A DNA stretch of 62,993 nt, the filler included, from Olpidium bornovanus S191 (Eukaryota; Fungi; Olpidiomycota), in assembly GCA_017911155.1 (NCBI GenBank). It is 30 parts of 30 records of this genome, joined end to end, with 100 filler letters (N's around TTAATTAATTAA, not from the genome) between each part and the next. Parts side by side here need not be neighbours in the genome. Positions count along the whole stretch, not along the records: positions 9,983 to 13,233 come from JAEFCI010012543.1; positions 13,334 to 14,574 come from JAEFCI010008759.1; positions 14,675 to 15,861 come from JAEFCI010012781.1; positions 15,962 to 17,855 come from JAEFCI010011855.1; positions 17,956 to 19,852 come from JAEFCI010010946.1; positions 19,953 to 21,410 come from JAEFCI010003025.1; positions 21,511 to 22,543 come from JAEFCI010003868.1; positions 22,644 to 26,233 come from JAEFCI010005177.1; 22 more parts are not named here. One strand, 5' to 3'. The position numbers were made by a program, and so were the translations under genes. The stretch's first letter is position 1, and every line of letters starts with the position of its first letter. Below, one piece after another: positions 11,774-24,817 of the stretch. The notes beneath the pieces are model-generated. The model made no database searches, was not told the DNA's origin, and saw only the letters and a list, made by a program, of their open reading frames with translations.

Positions 11774-12876
11774 TCAGTTCATGTTCAGCAGCATCTGGCT
11801 GCCACCTTTCCCGGGCAGGTAGGTCACATTGCGGCTGGCGGCGAGGTGCTGGGCGATGTCACGAGATGCTTCAATCCGGCGGAACTCGATGACGCCCTGA
11901 CCACTCTTTGCCAGAGCCTTGGAGATGAGATCGGCAGCCTGGGCGTCGCCCTCTGCGCGGATCACCGCCGCCAACTTCTCCTGTTCCGCCTTTTCCACCA
12001 CGAACTTGGCGCGCTCTGCCTCCTGCTGGGCTGTTTTGCGTAGCAAGGCGGCGGTGAGTGTGAGATACCTGCACGTGTTTCGTGACCGTACATACCAGCG
12101 GCACGGTGGTCACGAGTGTAAAACGGCGTAGGGAACAAGGAATCTTCTTACCGATCTGCTTCTTCTCAACAGCAGCAGTGAAATCTTTACTGAAGTTCAT
12201 GTGTGTCTGTGAAATATTAAGCACCAAGTCAGTATGACGTGGAATCACCGCTCTCCTTAAAACTCCCTGGGGCGCGCAACTGTGAGCTACGAGCATTCGA
12301 CGCTCATACACCCCGGACTCACAATAGAAACGTCCTCGAGCTCGATATTAAACTCGCGTGCGCGCTTCACAAGATCCTCACGAATCCGCGAGGACACCTG
12401 ATGACATTACGGTTGATGGTTGCCGGTTGGAGCCGAGAGGTGAGCGACGCATAGTGAACAATAATAATCGCCGCGACATGAAGACCAGAAGGGGCCGGCA
12501 CCGGCAAAGCCAAACCGAGGTACGCACGAGTTCGCGCTGCGTAATAAGTTCGCCGGCATCGAACTGGGCAACAATACTCTTCAGGACTTCGTTGCCAATA
12601 CTCGGCAGCACTCGCTCCTCGTAGTCAAGGCCGAGGTTCTGGTAGATTGCGGGGAGGCTCTTCTCGTCAGGGCGGTGGAGGACCCGGAGCGTGAGGGAGA
12701 CCATTTGCATGTCCTTGCTGCCCGTGGTAGTGGAGATCGAGCGGGGCTTGATCCGGACGTCATAGTCGACGGCTTTTTGCAGCCACGGGATGAGGAAGTG
12801 CGTGCCCTCACCCACGACACCGTGCTTCACACCCTTCAGGCGATCGAAAATGACGACGCGGTGGCCTCCAGGGACT
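11774..12876 (-). CDS. PHB1: Prohibitin 1, 5'-truncated, 4 exons visible
   Basis: [15 protein letters not shown]...[13 protein letters not shown]...[27 protein letters not shown] / [25 protein letters not shown] / [36 protein letters not shown]...RNVTYLP; stop at 11774. Confidence 0.97.
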
Positions 12877-13147
12877 TCACGGGAGGGGTTTGTTTTGCGG
12901 CAACGGGAGAGGAAACGAGCGTGAGCGGCGCAGGTGCCGACCACATGCGTTCGGAAGCTTAAAGCACTTTTCTGCGGAACGCAGTGCGCCAGGGCGGGGG
13001 CGGCGGGTTCAGGGTGGGGGCGGGAGTTCAAACACCGGCTGAGGGGGGGGGGGGGGGCGGCGGGGGGGGGGGGGAGGGGGGGGCGGGAAAGAATGACGAA
13101 GAAAGCGAAACGGGGCCGCGCAAAACACGCGAGGAGGGCCCGGCACG

Positions 13148-13182
<35 letters not shown>

Positions 13183-13184
13183 CG

Positions 13185-13233
<49 letters not shown>

Positions 13234-13333
13234 NNNNNNNNNNNNNNNNNNNNNNNNNNNNNNNNNNNNNNNNNNNNTTAATTAATTAANNNNNNNNNNN
13301 NNNNNNNNNNNNNNNNNNNNNNNNNNNNNNNNN

Positions 13334-14500
13334 CATGACCCGCTTGTACTTGGACCCTCCAAGTATCACGAGGCCGTTTCCCAACGTGAAGTGGCCGTCG
13401 CGGCTAAGGTATGTCCAACTCTCCGAAATTTGTTCGCCCGGTGCCATCGCAATAAACGCGTCAGGCTGCGAATACCTTTAAATTCGTAAGAACGTATTTG
13501 GTGAGAACGTGTTTCATTCCGTGCGCCGTTTCGCCGCGTCCGTGTCAGTTGGAAGGATTGCTCGACGCCGACAGGGAGACCGATGGAGCGCAAAAACATC
13601 GCGCTAACTCCGCCCCAGACCTACCGGCTTACCAGATGCTGCTTGGCCAAAGTGTTCGCCCAGTGCATGAGCATGCACGGAAAGGGCACGTCGTTCTGGT
13701 ACCGCTTCAGGTAGCTGAAAATGGACGTTTGCGTCTTTTCCGCAAGCGCGGGCACGTTCGTGAGGTGGTGCGTGCCGCCGAACGCGCAACTTCCCGCGCC
13801 GCCTGCTGCAGCTCCGGGGCCTGTCCCGTTAAGGGTCGGCTCGGAGGACACAATGCAGGCCGCATCAAATGAAACCAGGTAGTCCGGGGTGAACCCAGGC
13901 CGCGACTTGAGGCTAGAATTTGTCGTGCTTTCTGGCTTGGTTTGTGGGACTGGCGGTGGGAGTTGGGCTGCGGCCGTGACCTGCAGGGCGGCGCCCATGC
14001 CCGCGTCCTGCCATTGGTCGTCGGGGTCTCTCTTCGCTGGGGACGGCGGCATTCGTTTTCGCGATGGGATGGTGAACTGGGTGGGATCTTGAGTGGCCAC
14101 TCCCGCCTTTGCTGCAGCGGCGGCCTGTCTCGCGTCGTGTTTGACGTGGTTGGCCGTGGGGTCCTGTGCCTGCTGCGCAGGCTTCACGGCGGCAGTGAGG
14201 CCTGCTCCGTTGCTGCTACTAGTTTTATCCGCGGCCGTGATGCCGCTCCTTCCGCGGCCCTCGGCGCCAGCCCCCTGCTGGGGATGGTTCTGCTGCTGGT
14301 TCTGCTTCTTCTTCTTCTTGCTCCCGCTCGGGCGCCAGGCGAGCATGGTGGACAGGCCGGAGAGCACTGCAGCTGACTTCGAAGCGATCGAGGGGTCGCG
14401 TGCGGCGCGCGGTCCTTCGCCGGCGCTCGGTCGGTTCCCGTCGGAGCCCGAGCGCGCACGTCGTTGTTGGGCGGCACGGGGCGGTTTCGGTTCAGAACAC
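13334..14500 (-). CDS. Hypothetical protein, partial (disordered N-terminus followed by globular-looking exons)
   Basis: ORF 13621-14550 plus a downstream exon PDAFIAMAPGEQISESWTYLSRDGHFTLGNGLVILGGSKYKRVM running to the contig end; family not recognised. Confidence 0.45.
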
Positions 14501-14503
14501 CCG

Positions 14504-14540
<37 letters not shown>

Positions 14541-14674
14541 GGGGGAGCACCGGGGGCGAGCGCCCGGCGGGCCGNNNNNNNNNNNNNNNNNNNNNNNNNN
14601 NNNNNNNNNNNNNNNNNNTTAATTAATTAANNNNNNNNNNNNNNNNNNNNNNNNNNNNNNNNNNNNNNNNNNNN

Positions 14675-14794
14675 TCCGCCCTTGCCGATGGCAACAACTT
14701 TGTTGCCGGGGTGGCCGTCGTAAGTCGGAGCGCCGACGATGAGCTGAGCGGACGCGACGATGGCAGTGCCGAAAAGTGCGAGGGCTGACTTCAT
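14675..14794 (-). CDS. N-terminus of a secreted protein (signal peptide), truncated
   Basis: MKSALALFGTAIVASAQLIVGAPTYDGHPGNKVVAIGKGG has a basic n-region, a hydrophobic core and a typical fungal AP mature start. Confidence 0.6.
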
Positions 14795-15011
14795 GGCTCG
14801 AAGTGTGCGATGCCTGAAATTAAGGTGAGAGAGTATGGACGTGATAAAGGGCCCGAGAGCAGATATGGTACGGCGCGGGACGGAGACAGGAGGGGGAGGG
14901 AGGAGGGGCGGGCGCGGGCGGGAAGGGAGGGGCCGTCGCGATCGCGCGCGCGTTCTTCGGGGGGGGAGGGGGGGTGTTGGCGGCCGTCGTGTTTGCCGGC
15001 GATCCGGCTGG

Positions 15012-15139
15012 TTTATAACCAGCTCCGAAAGCGGCCGAGGACACCGCCGGCCGAGGACGGGATTATTCTGTGATGGAGGAACTCGGCCGGTCATTGGTCG
15101 GGGAGCGGCCCGTTATTTGATAGCGCCGGCGGCGATTGG
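15012..15139 (-). promoter_or_regulatory. TATA box plus two CCAAT boxes upstream of the secreted-protein gene
   Basis: On the minus strand: TATAAA at 15017-15012, GACCAATGA (core 15097-15093) and AGCCAATCG (core 15139-15135), matching the NF-Y/HAP consensus in the expected order. Confidence 0.4.
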
Positions 15140-15573
15140 CTTGACGCGATTCCCGGTTTGACAGCGCTGACCCAACGGAACCAACCCACCGAGGGCGCCC
15201 TCCTTCCCCCAAACCGTGTCTTGTAAACGCGCCGTAGCCGCTCAGCTTCTGAGCAGACGCCGACCCTTCCCAGGCTGGGTTCCTCGCCCGTCGCGGCGCT
15301 CTTCCTCAGCTTCCCGGGAACCGCCCCGACCGATTGCGTATTTGGCGCGCTTCACCCTCCCTTTCTTCCCCTTCCCCCTCCCGCTCCCCCGCCCACCGAG
15401 GTCGAGAAACGCCCCGGGCGGGCCCAAGACCGCTGCGCAGTTCTTTCTCGAGCTCCCGGATGCTGCCGCACTTCGCCGGATTGCCCGCTTTTCCCGGCGC
15501 TCCCTTGCTCCCAAGCCCACCATTAAGCAATAAAAAGACATGTAAACGTATGGAAGCGAAGACGCACGCGAGA

Positions 15574-15643
15574 CCCTGCGACGGAGGGAGGACTCCTCCC
15601 TGCGACGGAGGGATGGCTCCTCCCTGCGACGGAGGGCTCCTCC
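15574..15643. repeat. 24-bp tandem repeat CCCTGCGACGGAGGG-N9, x3
   Basis: Copies start at 15574, 15598 and 15622. Confidence 0.85.
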
Positions 15644-17453
15644 ATCTTGCACAAAAAAAAAAAACACAAGAAAGGACGGCTTTGACAGCATTTGCCACAC
15701 CTCTGGGGCAGGATATTGCCGGAGTACGCTTCTGGGATATCATGAATCACGCAATGACACAACTGGGTGCAGAGACCAACTGTACAGTGGCATACAAAAG
15801 CTGCGGGGCTTACAAGAAGAGGACAGCAGATAACTGCTCCACATCGCAAATGTGGTCCCAANNNNNNNNNNNNNNNNNNNNNNNNNNNNNNNNNNNNNNN
15901 NNNNNTTAATTAATTAANNNNNNNNNNNNNNNNNNNNNNNNNNNNNNNNNNNNNNNNNNNNTGCATTCTTCGGACGTTCTTGTCAGATCGAAAACCGCAT
16001 CGACGTGGAGTGGGATTATGTCACCATCCTCAAGTCAGTCAAATCTACGCACAATCCCGCAGCTGACCAGCTCTCCAGCATGATGAAAACGGTTTCGATC
16101 TCCACTGACTAACACAAGTCAAAGCGACCTTCTTATATATAATTTTGCCGGAAGTCGGAAGTTCACGTGTCATTTCCCCATCTTTTCCGTGTCCGATGCC
16201 TCAGCGGCGTTGAGTCCTCCGGACCATCTGTGCTCGTTTCGAGAGTTTTTCCCGGGGAAAATACCCCGTGGCGGGCAAAGTGGCCTGGATCCAACGCAGT
16301 TCACGGAATCCTGCAACCTCTGTCCCAAACCTGTCCTCGGGTGGGCAGGATGTCTCTGTTTTCGAGATTGTCGTCGAATGTTTGGGCGAGTCGAAAACAG
16401 GCTGTTTTGGGTCAGGCCAGACATTTAGCGAGGAACTCCAAATCCGGACCAAAATGGGCCTCGTGGGGAGTGTTTAACACTCGTTTTAGTGTATCCTGCA
16501 AGGTGTACGAGACTTTGGATTTGGGCACCAGGAGCACCGCTCAGTAGGCCACAGGCGGAGGTGCCCCGTGGGAGGTGTTTAAGTCTCGAAAAGTGGCACG
16601 GTGGGGGGGGAAAAGCTCCGGAACCGGTTTTTGACAGATTTTAGAGTTTGTGGAAATAACTTTTTTTGGCAGTGTCTCAGACACAACGCCGGTAACTTTT
16701 TCACCAATTGTTCCGCTGGACAGTAAAGGAAGTCTTGTGCTAGAAAACAGGTGCATCTTTCCTTTTCTTGGCCACCAGTTTCGGGATGGAGCCGGAGGAA
16801 AGGCATTTGCAACGGCATCACCTTTAGTGGTCACAAGCTATGCTCAGAAAACGTGGTGGCCGGTCGTGGTCGTCATTGCTCCCTTTTCCCTCCACAGCAT
16901 GCTCTCCGCTTAACGCGGCCCCGCGGAAGGATCAGGGAGGGTTGGGATCCTCAATCTCCCTTCCATTTAGACCCTCGAAAGAGCTCGAGGACACGGTCAA
17001 AACGAGGCCTGTTTGATGCAACGAGCCGCACCTTACGTCCTTGACGACCAGGGGATGTGACTCGGCAACGTTCGCGGGCAAGCGAGCGCAGTTCGCGCGG
17101 GAGGAATTCAGCTTTCGGGTGTCAAGTCCCAGACGCGCTGGAACCCCCCACCTTTAGCAGCCACCGGGACGTAAAGGCGGCGGCAGGTGGTGCGTTCAGG
17201 TAGGCGCGGCATGTTCTTTTCTGCCTCCCTGCGCGTGTGCGCCACGGGAAAGCAGATTCCGCTCAAAAAAGTTCTTCTTTCTGCGCGAGGCGTCGTTTGA
17301 TTTGGGGATTCCGGTCCAAATTTTCGCCCGGCGGGGTCCCCTCTAATCCCCCCGCCCCCCCCCTTCAACCCACCTGAACGCTCCCCCCCAGCCGACCCCG
17401 CGAACGTCTTGAACCCGGAGGAGGAGGAGGAGGAGGAAGAAGAAGAACCGGGA

Positions 17454-17763
17454 ATGCCGAAGGCCAAGAGGGGCCTCAAGGCGGCCCTCGCTTCGCTGCG
17501 CGAGAGCGAGAGGAAGAAGCGGCAGGCCCAGCAGAAGCTCGCCCGCGCGGGGCAGCAGCGCCCCGACGAGCGGCGGCGGGCGGGGGAGAAGCGGCCGCCG
17601 GAGGAGGAGGAGGAGGAGGAGGAGGAGGAGGAGGAGGGAGAGGAGGAGGAGGGAGAGCGGGCGAAGAAGACGAAGAGCGGCAAGGCGGCGGCGGCGGAGG
17701 GAAGGAACCGCCGCGTCGTCCACCGCTTCACCCGGGAGGACCGCATCCTGTGCGTGGGGGAAG
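17454..17763 (+). CDS. BMT5: 25S rRNA (uridine-N3)-methyltransferase Bmt5 (DUF2431), exon 1
   Basis: MPKAKRGLKAALASL...FTREDRILCVGEG followed by a GTGAGC donor matches the Bmt5 N-terminus (ILxVGEGxFSF). Confidence 0.8.
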
Positions 17764-18493
17764 GTGAGCAAAAAAAAAAAAAAGAAAAAGAAAACCGTTT
17801 CCCATTTTCCACTCGGATATCGGGACGAACACGGCGCTTTCTCTCGAACCGACAANNNNNNNNNNNNNNNNNNNNNNNNNNNNNNNNNNNNNNNNNNNNT
17901 TAATTAATTAANNNNNNNNNNNNNNNNNNNNNNNNNNNNNNNNNNNNNNNNNNNNCATGCTGCTGTACCGAAGTCAACGTAACAATTGCCTACGCCCGCT
18001 GGTCGCCAAGGGAGCGGGGAAATGTGCACGGCAACGCCGACTGAACGAAAAGCCTTTGCTAATCAATTCGGCGTTTAAAATCTGGGCGACCACCGTGCGG
18101 AGGAGGAATTTTTATTTTATTTTATTTTATTTTTTTCTAACGGAGCGAGGCCCCGTCCGCGTCTCGACCGCGTCTGCACCTTCGTCCTCGGGGTTCTTCT
18201 CCAGCTCGCGTTTGCCGCGGTCGCGGCAACGCGAGAACCCGTCCGACACCGAACACAACAGCAGTGTGCAGGCGGCGTTTGTTTCGCCCATCGCGACGGG
18301 GATTGCCTATTGCCATTTGGCAATCTACCGTCACCCGGCCAGTTCGCGACCGCTGCCCGCGACCGTCCCGTCGGGAAGTCGGCCGCAGCATTGGAGAACG
18401 GTTCTGCTTCGAGTCCCTTGCCCCGGTAAATGCCGGGCGCACCTGAGGTGTGGGCCCGGTTGTATTTGTGAAAAGAGAGGAAAACGGAAAAAA

Positions 18494-18529
<36 letters not shown>

Positions 18530-18601
18530 CAAAAAAGGCAAAAAGGGGCAAAACGACAGGCCGGGAAGTTTCGTCCGCCAAGCAACCACACAAGCTGCGC
18601 A

Positions 18602-19803
18602 ATGGCGTTCGCCCTGAACCTGTCCAACCGAAGCCAGAGGAGGACGAGTTGGGTATTACCCTTTACCAAAAAGCGGGGCGGTTCGCCGTGGGGGAGGGAG
18701 CAGACCATGACCGCCTGCGTCACTGCGCGCCGGCAGGACGCATCCAGGAACCGCTCTGTCATCCCCTCTCCCCCTCCCCCCTCCGGTGCGCCTGGTCGGT
18801 TGCCGGCCCGTTAGGGTTTCGCTTGCCTCGACAAGCTTTTCGCGCACGTGCTGACGCCCGTGGCCGTCTCCGCGCACTCGTGGCCCAGTTGTCCTCGCGC
18901 TCGATCCGGAGCGTGATCGGGAAACCAGGCAGACCGTGGAGTGGGCTGCGAACAACTTCCTTGACGCTAGCAGGGACAAGGTTGAGATAATATGCGCCGT
19001 CACGGTCGATGCGGACGACGACGCCACGGATCTCGGTACGAACACCACCCCTCCCTCCTCCCTTGGCAAAGCGGAGAAGGAAAGGGCGCGCTCGTAGTGC
19101 GTCTGCCCGATCAGACGAGAGAGCACGCGAGCTCACGTGCCGCCGTCTGTCACGCGATGTCAAAACCGGATTTCCGTCGCCGGCCCCGCTGCCCGGCCGG
19201 TCTGGGAACCGCGGGGTTATTTTCGCGGCTGGCGCCCGGTCGTCGCCTTTCAAGCAACAGACACCCTGTAGGAACCAAAACGCGGTTGTCGTGAAAATTT
19301 CTCACCGACGCGGCCGACAACCAGGTGCTGCCAAACCTCGGCAACGATCTTAACGCGTCCGTTCTTTCCGATCTTGTTGTATTTTGGTTTAGGTACGTGG
19401 GAGAATACTTGGTGAAGCTTGAGGAAGAGGTGAGGTGGTGTTTTTGCTGGCGCGCGATGCCCTTTTGCGGCGGGCTTCGCCGGCAGCGTCGTGGCGTTTA
19501 CCGTATCAGCATTCGCCTCCCAGCTGCGCGTCAAGAACAGTGCGATCCTCAACCAGTATGCCGAGGCCCTGAAAAACGAAAACGTGCGTCTGTGCGACCC
19601 AGTTTGGCGCGCCCCCGCGATGGAGCTGTTCTGCCAGATGATTTGGCAACCGTCGCTCTTCCCCCGCGGAAACAGTTCGACGTCTCGGTGACCGTTCTCA
19701 CGGGTCACCACAAGAACAGCGAGTCTCTGGTAGTCGACTACATCACCCGCGTCCAGGCGAGCGCGCTCCTTCTGGCGAGCAGAAATCTCGGAACGATGAA
19801 AAG
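18602..19803 (+). CDS. Universal stress protein (USP) family, multi-exon, 3'-truncated
   Basis: Spliced RRTIVLALDPERDRETRQTVEWAANNFLDASRDKVEIICAV ... ILNQYAEALKNEN ... LVVDYITRVQASALLLASRNLGTMKR follows the USP fold pattern, including the C-terminal xSRxLGxxKR motif. Confidence 0.75.
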
Positions 19804-19952
19804 GTACTCCCGGTCAACATCCGCCGCTTGAGCTCGGTTCGGGCGCGCATGANNNNNNNNNNNNNNNNNNNNNNNNNNNNNNNNNNNNNNNNNNNNTTAA
19901 TTAATTAANNNNNNNNNNNNNNNNNNNNNNNNNNNNNNNNNNNNNNNNNNNN

Positions 19953-21053
19953 CATGATGAAATATGCAGATAGTACGTGTGCGGTAACCAAGGCTGCAAA
20001 GTCCCCAGTGAAGTAGCGTGTTATCTGCAGGAACAGGTTCAGCTCCACTTGACGGATGGCTGGCATCGCATAACCAAGTTAGTAATGTCGAGAACAAGGC
20101 GTACTGCCGCATAGAACAGTCTAACCTTTCAAACGGATTCTCCGACAAAGAAAGACAATCATCATCCCCAGAAACGTCCAAATTGTGGCTGCTACGGTCC
20201 TCGGCATCACCAGAGATAAAAGCAGACGGGCTGAGAAAAGCCGACGCACGGAAAAACGCCAGGAAATGCAAGGTGGACGAGAGTTTGAACAGGTCGAGAC
20301 TGCCGGAAACACGGCGGTTCGCGAAAAACGTAACGAAGGGAAAGTGCATTCCCTTTGTCACGACTTACTGCTAAACCAGTTTCGAACAGGCATAGGTCCC
20401 GATACCCAGGACACGCCCCAGCACATGAGGAACACGTAGCCGACCAGATGTGCAAACCGTGCGTTCAGCTCCTTGGCCGCCGAGGCTTGGTAAAGCCGGC
20501 CCTCAATAACGCCTGGTGGTTCAGGCTGTTGTTGCGCGCATTCTTCGCCGTCCACAAGTCTCCGGCTTGACAACGTTGGACCGAACGCGGTATGTTGCGC
20601 TTGTGGCGGCAGCAGTGATGAATTCGGCAAATCCCGCCGGCTGGCTTGTTCCGCCGGTGCGAAAGCAGACTTTAGGGGCGAGAGGGCTCCCGGCATCGCC
20701 TCTCGCGGGAAAAGGGGAAATTTCGAGGAGTACGTGGGTCCGGGCGTGCCAGCCGGTTCCGCAGGTCGCTTCGCCGCTGTCCCGGTGGCGACCACGGACG
20801 CAGACACCGGTAGCGGAGGTGCTGCCGCCGCGACAGGACCACCCCCGGGGTCGGCGGTCGGCAGGCGCGGCGGCAGCCTGAATGGCGACGAGGCCTCCGC
20901 AGCAGCCGCCCGCCCTTCCACGTTCGCAAGCGGTCTTCTGCTCCGAATGTAGAAGGGCTCGGAAAGGGACGTCGGGTATCCTTTCGTCGCAGGCTTGGTT
21001 CGGTCGAGCGGAGCTTTCGCCCGCGGCCAATCGAAAACGTTCGTGTGCTCCAT
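19953..21053 (-). CDS. Hypothetical membrane protein, partial, about 3 exons
   Basis: Pro/Ala-rich N-terminus, then hydrophobic segments AHLVGYVFLMCWGVSWV and LLLSLVMPRTVAATIWTFLGMMIVFL joined via GTAAGT/CTCAG and GTTAGA/CTAAC..CAG sites. Confidence 0.5.
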
Positions 21054-22159
21054 CGGGCCGAAGTGCGCGCGTGCAGCTGCTGGTTCTCTCTCTCGCCGAA
21101 CCCGAAAGCCTCCGCCGGGCACGCAGTTTTTGGTGTATTTTTGTTTCCTTTTTTTTTTTTTTTTTTTTTTTTGTTTTCGGGAACTGAACGGGAAATTCAT
21201 CATGTTGCGAGCGTGACCGGAAAGCGCTCGAAAAAACGCGCGCTTGCGCTGCACTAAAAAACACCTTTCGCCGTTACATATGTTGGCGGCATGATCAGTA
21301 CCGCGAAGTTATATTCCAGGTGATTTCCTGCTTTTCCGTTGCCTGGATAAGCACACTTTGTTCCCAACGCCCAGCGTGAACGCAGGGGATGGCCGCCGCT
21401 TCATCTGAAANNNNNNNNNNNNNNNNNNNNNNNNNNNNNNNNNNNNNNNNNNNNTTAATTAATTAANNNNNNNNNNNNNNNNNNNNNNNNNNNNNNNNNN
21501 NNNNNNNNNNCGTCGATCGGGCGGCGGGCGGAATGTCAGCAGAGCCCGTTCCTCGCCAGGGCGATCGCGGGCGCGGTCGCGGTTCTTCTCCCACGCGGTC
21601 GTGGTTCCCACGCGGGGCTCCGTGTTCATGCGGTTGCATGCGGGGTCAGTCTCGTTTGCCGGGGGGAGGCGTGGTTGGCGGTGGGGTGCCCCGTGTGGTA
21701 TTGCTACGGGATGGGGGGGTATTTTATTGGTCAGGCCACGGGTCACGTGACCGCCCCGTCTTTGCCTTTGAGTCCTCCGCCGCCTGCCGCCGCGCCCTCC
21801 TTGGCATCCTCCGTGGCGGCCCTGGGGCGGTCGGGGTTGTGGGCTGTGCCACAGCACACCCACCGTATTTTCCGTCGCTAACCGGCACGGAAAGTCTTGT
21901 CGACCGGCATGCCATCCCCCGCCCCCTGGACCGCCGACGAATCGATGCCTGAAGTACTTTATATCTCTAAGCAGTCCAGGGGGAAGAGGAAGGGGGGGGG
22001 ACCATTGGGCTTGGCCGCAGTCTCGTTGGTTTCGGCAGTTTTTGCGACCTGCCGAGGTCGTGTCAGTTTGAGGCAGTTTTACGACCTACCAAGGTCGCGT
22101 CCCGGACTTTTCAAGTGCCGGAAGCAGTTTTTTTGACCTACCCAGGTCGCTGAGGTTTT

Positions 22160-22192
<33 letters not shown>

Positions 22193-22259
22193 GTTTTTTT
22201 TTTTTTTTCCCCCCCCCCCCCCCCCCCCCCCCCCTCCCCACGACCCGAACTCCCCGCAG

Positions 22260-22384
22260 GGTACATGATCAACTGGATCCAGGGCCACACCAAGCGGTTC
22301 AAATGCCTGGTCAACCACGACGGCGCGTTTTCGACGTTCGACACGTACTACGCCACCGACGAGCTCTACTTCCCGGAGCACGAG
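22260..22384 (+). CDS. Internal exon of a dipeptidyl peptidase V-like S9 prolyl oligopeptidase
   Basis: GYMINWIQGHTKRFKCLVNHDGAFSTFDTYYATDELYFPEHE follows the GxSYG nucleophile elbow in fungal DPP5. Confidence 0.88.
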
Positions 22385-24817
22385 GCACGCGACGGGAGGG
22401 GGCAGGGGGGGAGGGGATGAAAGGGGCGGGCGGGGCAGGCTGCGTTTTTTTTTTTTTTTTTTTTTTTCTTTCTCGTTTTGCTTTTTCTTGCGAGCGAGCG
22501 GGCCCTCTCTCTGACCGAGCGCGCGTGCTCATTACGACGGCTCNNNNNNNNNNNNNNNNNNNNNNNNNNNNNNNNNNNNNNNNNNNNTTAATTAATTAAN
22601 NNNNNNNNNNNNNNNNNNNNNNNNNNNNNNNNNNNNNNNNNNNCATGATCCGTGCGAAGGTGAGATCTGGGAAATGCCCCGGTGTTTTGTGTGAGGCTGA
22701 TGGAGGGATGATGCAAAGCAGCTGACCATTTGATAAGGGGGAGCTGTTCGGTTCAGGTACCAGCCAAGTCTCTGGACGATAAGCACAAAATTCTCGGCGT
22801 CGTCTGGTGTACTTTCATACAGTTAACAAGTTTTCCTGTTTTACAGCTCTCTCTGGACCGGTTGCTTTCCACCCCCATATTTGAATCTTGGACCTATTAC
22901 CTTTTTATACCACTTACTTTCTTACTGCGACAGGGAAAGCCTGCTGCAGTTAATTTGGCCATATTTTACCAGTTGACTCGTCTTTTATTTTTTTTTTTTG
23001 TTGGTCTTTTTGTCCGAGAGTTCTTTCGCACTTTTGGCCCAATTTTTTTTTTTGACGTCATCGACATATTTTCGCCCTACTCAATTCGACACTCTTCCCT
23101 CTGCTCCGGCAGCTACGCAGGACGTATGTTATCTCCATTGAACGGGGATTGTGAGCGGTGTGGATTGTCGTTAACAGTGAAATGGAGGCGACTCGAGGAC
23201 ACTACGAGCGATGCGCAGTTAGTGTCAAGGAACTGATAGCGTGACGAGGCGTGTTGTTGAAAACAAGGCTTGGGAGTGGTCAAGGCGGAGATTAAACTCA
23301 CAAGGATGCTGATTATCCGATGTATAGTTTAAAGATTACTAGATAATTGTCATTTCGCCGCCACTGCGCAACGCTCTCGAAGCTGTGAAGACGGCCCAAT
23401 GCGCACGCACTTTGCATCAGCCCGCAAGGTGGGTCTGGGGCCTAAAAAAAGACCCTTGCGAGATCTTCGCCGGGTCCTGTTTGCCGGCTGATGGCAGCCG
23501 CTTGCAAGCCCGCGCGGGACACATGCCCCAACGGGGCCGATGCAGGATGCCCCTGAACACGCGCGCGCCGCGTCCGCAGAGTCCCTTCCCGGGTATAAGC
23601 CAAGCCAACAGCGACCCGTTTTATTCCCGGTCGCCGGCGCACGTCAACAGGCGAGGGAGCGTTTTGGGCCAGCGTCGAAGGCGGACTCTCTTCGATTTGG
23701 GAAAAGAAAAAAAATATTATGGGAGTCGCCGCGCGCTTGTTTGCAATACACGCAGGGGGATTTTTCTCTTCCGGCGGATCACCCTTCGGTTCGCTGAGCT
23801 GCCTTGGTCTCCGAAGGCGCGCGCTGGGTCGTTAGTCGTTTGCCGCTCGCCGCTCTTGCTCCACTCTAAACGTTTTTGCGGCCCCAACCCTTCCCCGCCT
23901 TCTTTCTCCTTCGAAAACACGCTTCCCGCCGTGCGCCACGCCATGGTTGCTGGTGACCCAGACCCACCTAACAAAACGGCAGGCGGACTGGGTAGAGCTG
24001 CCACAAGAACGCGATATGAGCGTCGAGTATGCCCCAGGAAAAAGTATAAAACCGCTTCGCAGATGATCCTGTTCGGAAGGGCGGACTATTTCCCGGACTG
24101 TCCGAGGTGTCACGCCAAGGTATTCGTAAATGGATCAATAATGAAAACAACGAAACGATCTTTCTGCATCTCTCTGCCTTCTGGGATCTTCCTCCTGGCT
24201 AAAACGGCAAAAAAAAAAGAATAAAAAAAAAGAAAAAGCGACAGCTAAAGGCAAAAATTCTGAAAAAGGCGCATGGCGAAAGTTACAGCGAAAGTCAGAA
24301 TCGGATTGGAAAAAGGAGGACCGCAGCCAAAAAAAAAAAAGCGAAAGACGGCATTCGAAGGCAATATAACAGAAAAACATCCGAAAGCAAAAACATTTGA
24401 AAAGGCAATGCGAAGGTAGAAGAAGCTTCGGACAGCAACCGCGAGCGCAGAGAGCGACGTACAACACAATGCGCAGGCAGATTCCTAAAGGCAAATACGT
24501 TTAATGCGCTAATCCTTTCGGAATTGCAAACGTGCGGATTCATAAGCACTTTTGCACAATCCAGAGGGAGGGAAGCTTGCGGTTGCGCAGCAAACGATCG
24601 TTTTCCATCTTCTCCCGGTTGACGAGTTTCTCATTTTGTTCCTTTTATATGCGCCCTTTTTTTTTTTTTTTTTTTTTTTGTGCGCAACGCACTCTAGCGC
24701 CCCTGACAGCGTTTTTTTTTCTTGGCCGTGCGACACCGGCTTAGACCCGACCCCCTGACCGCCTCCTCTCCTCCTCCTCCTCCTCCACTTCCTGCCTACC
24801 CTCGCAGCCGCGCCACG

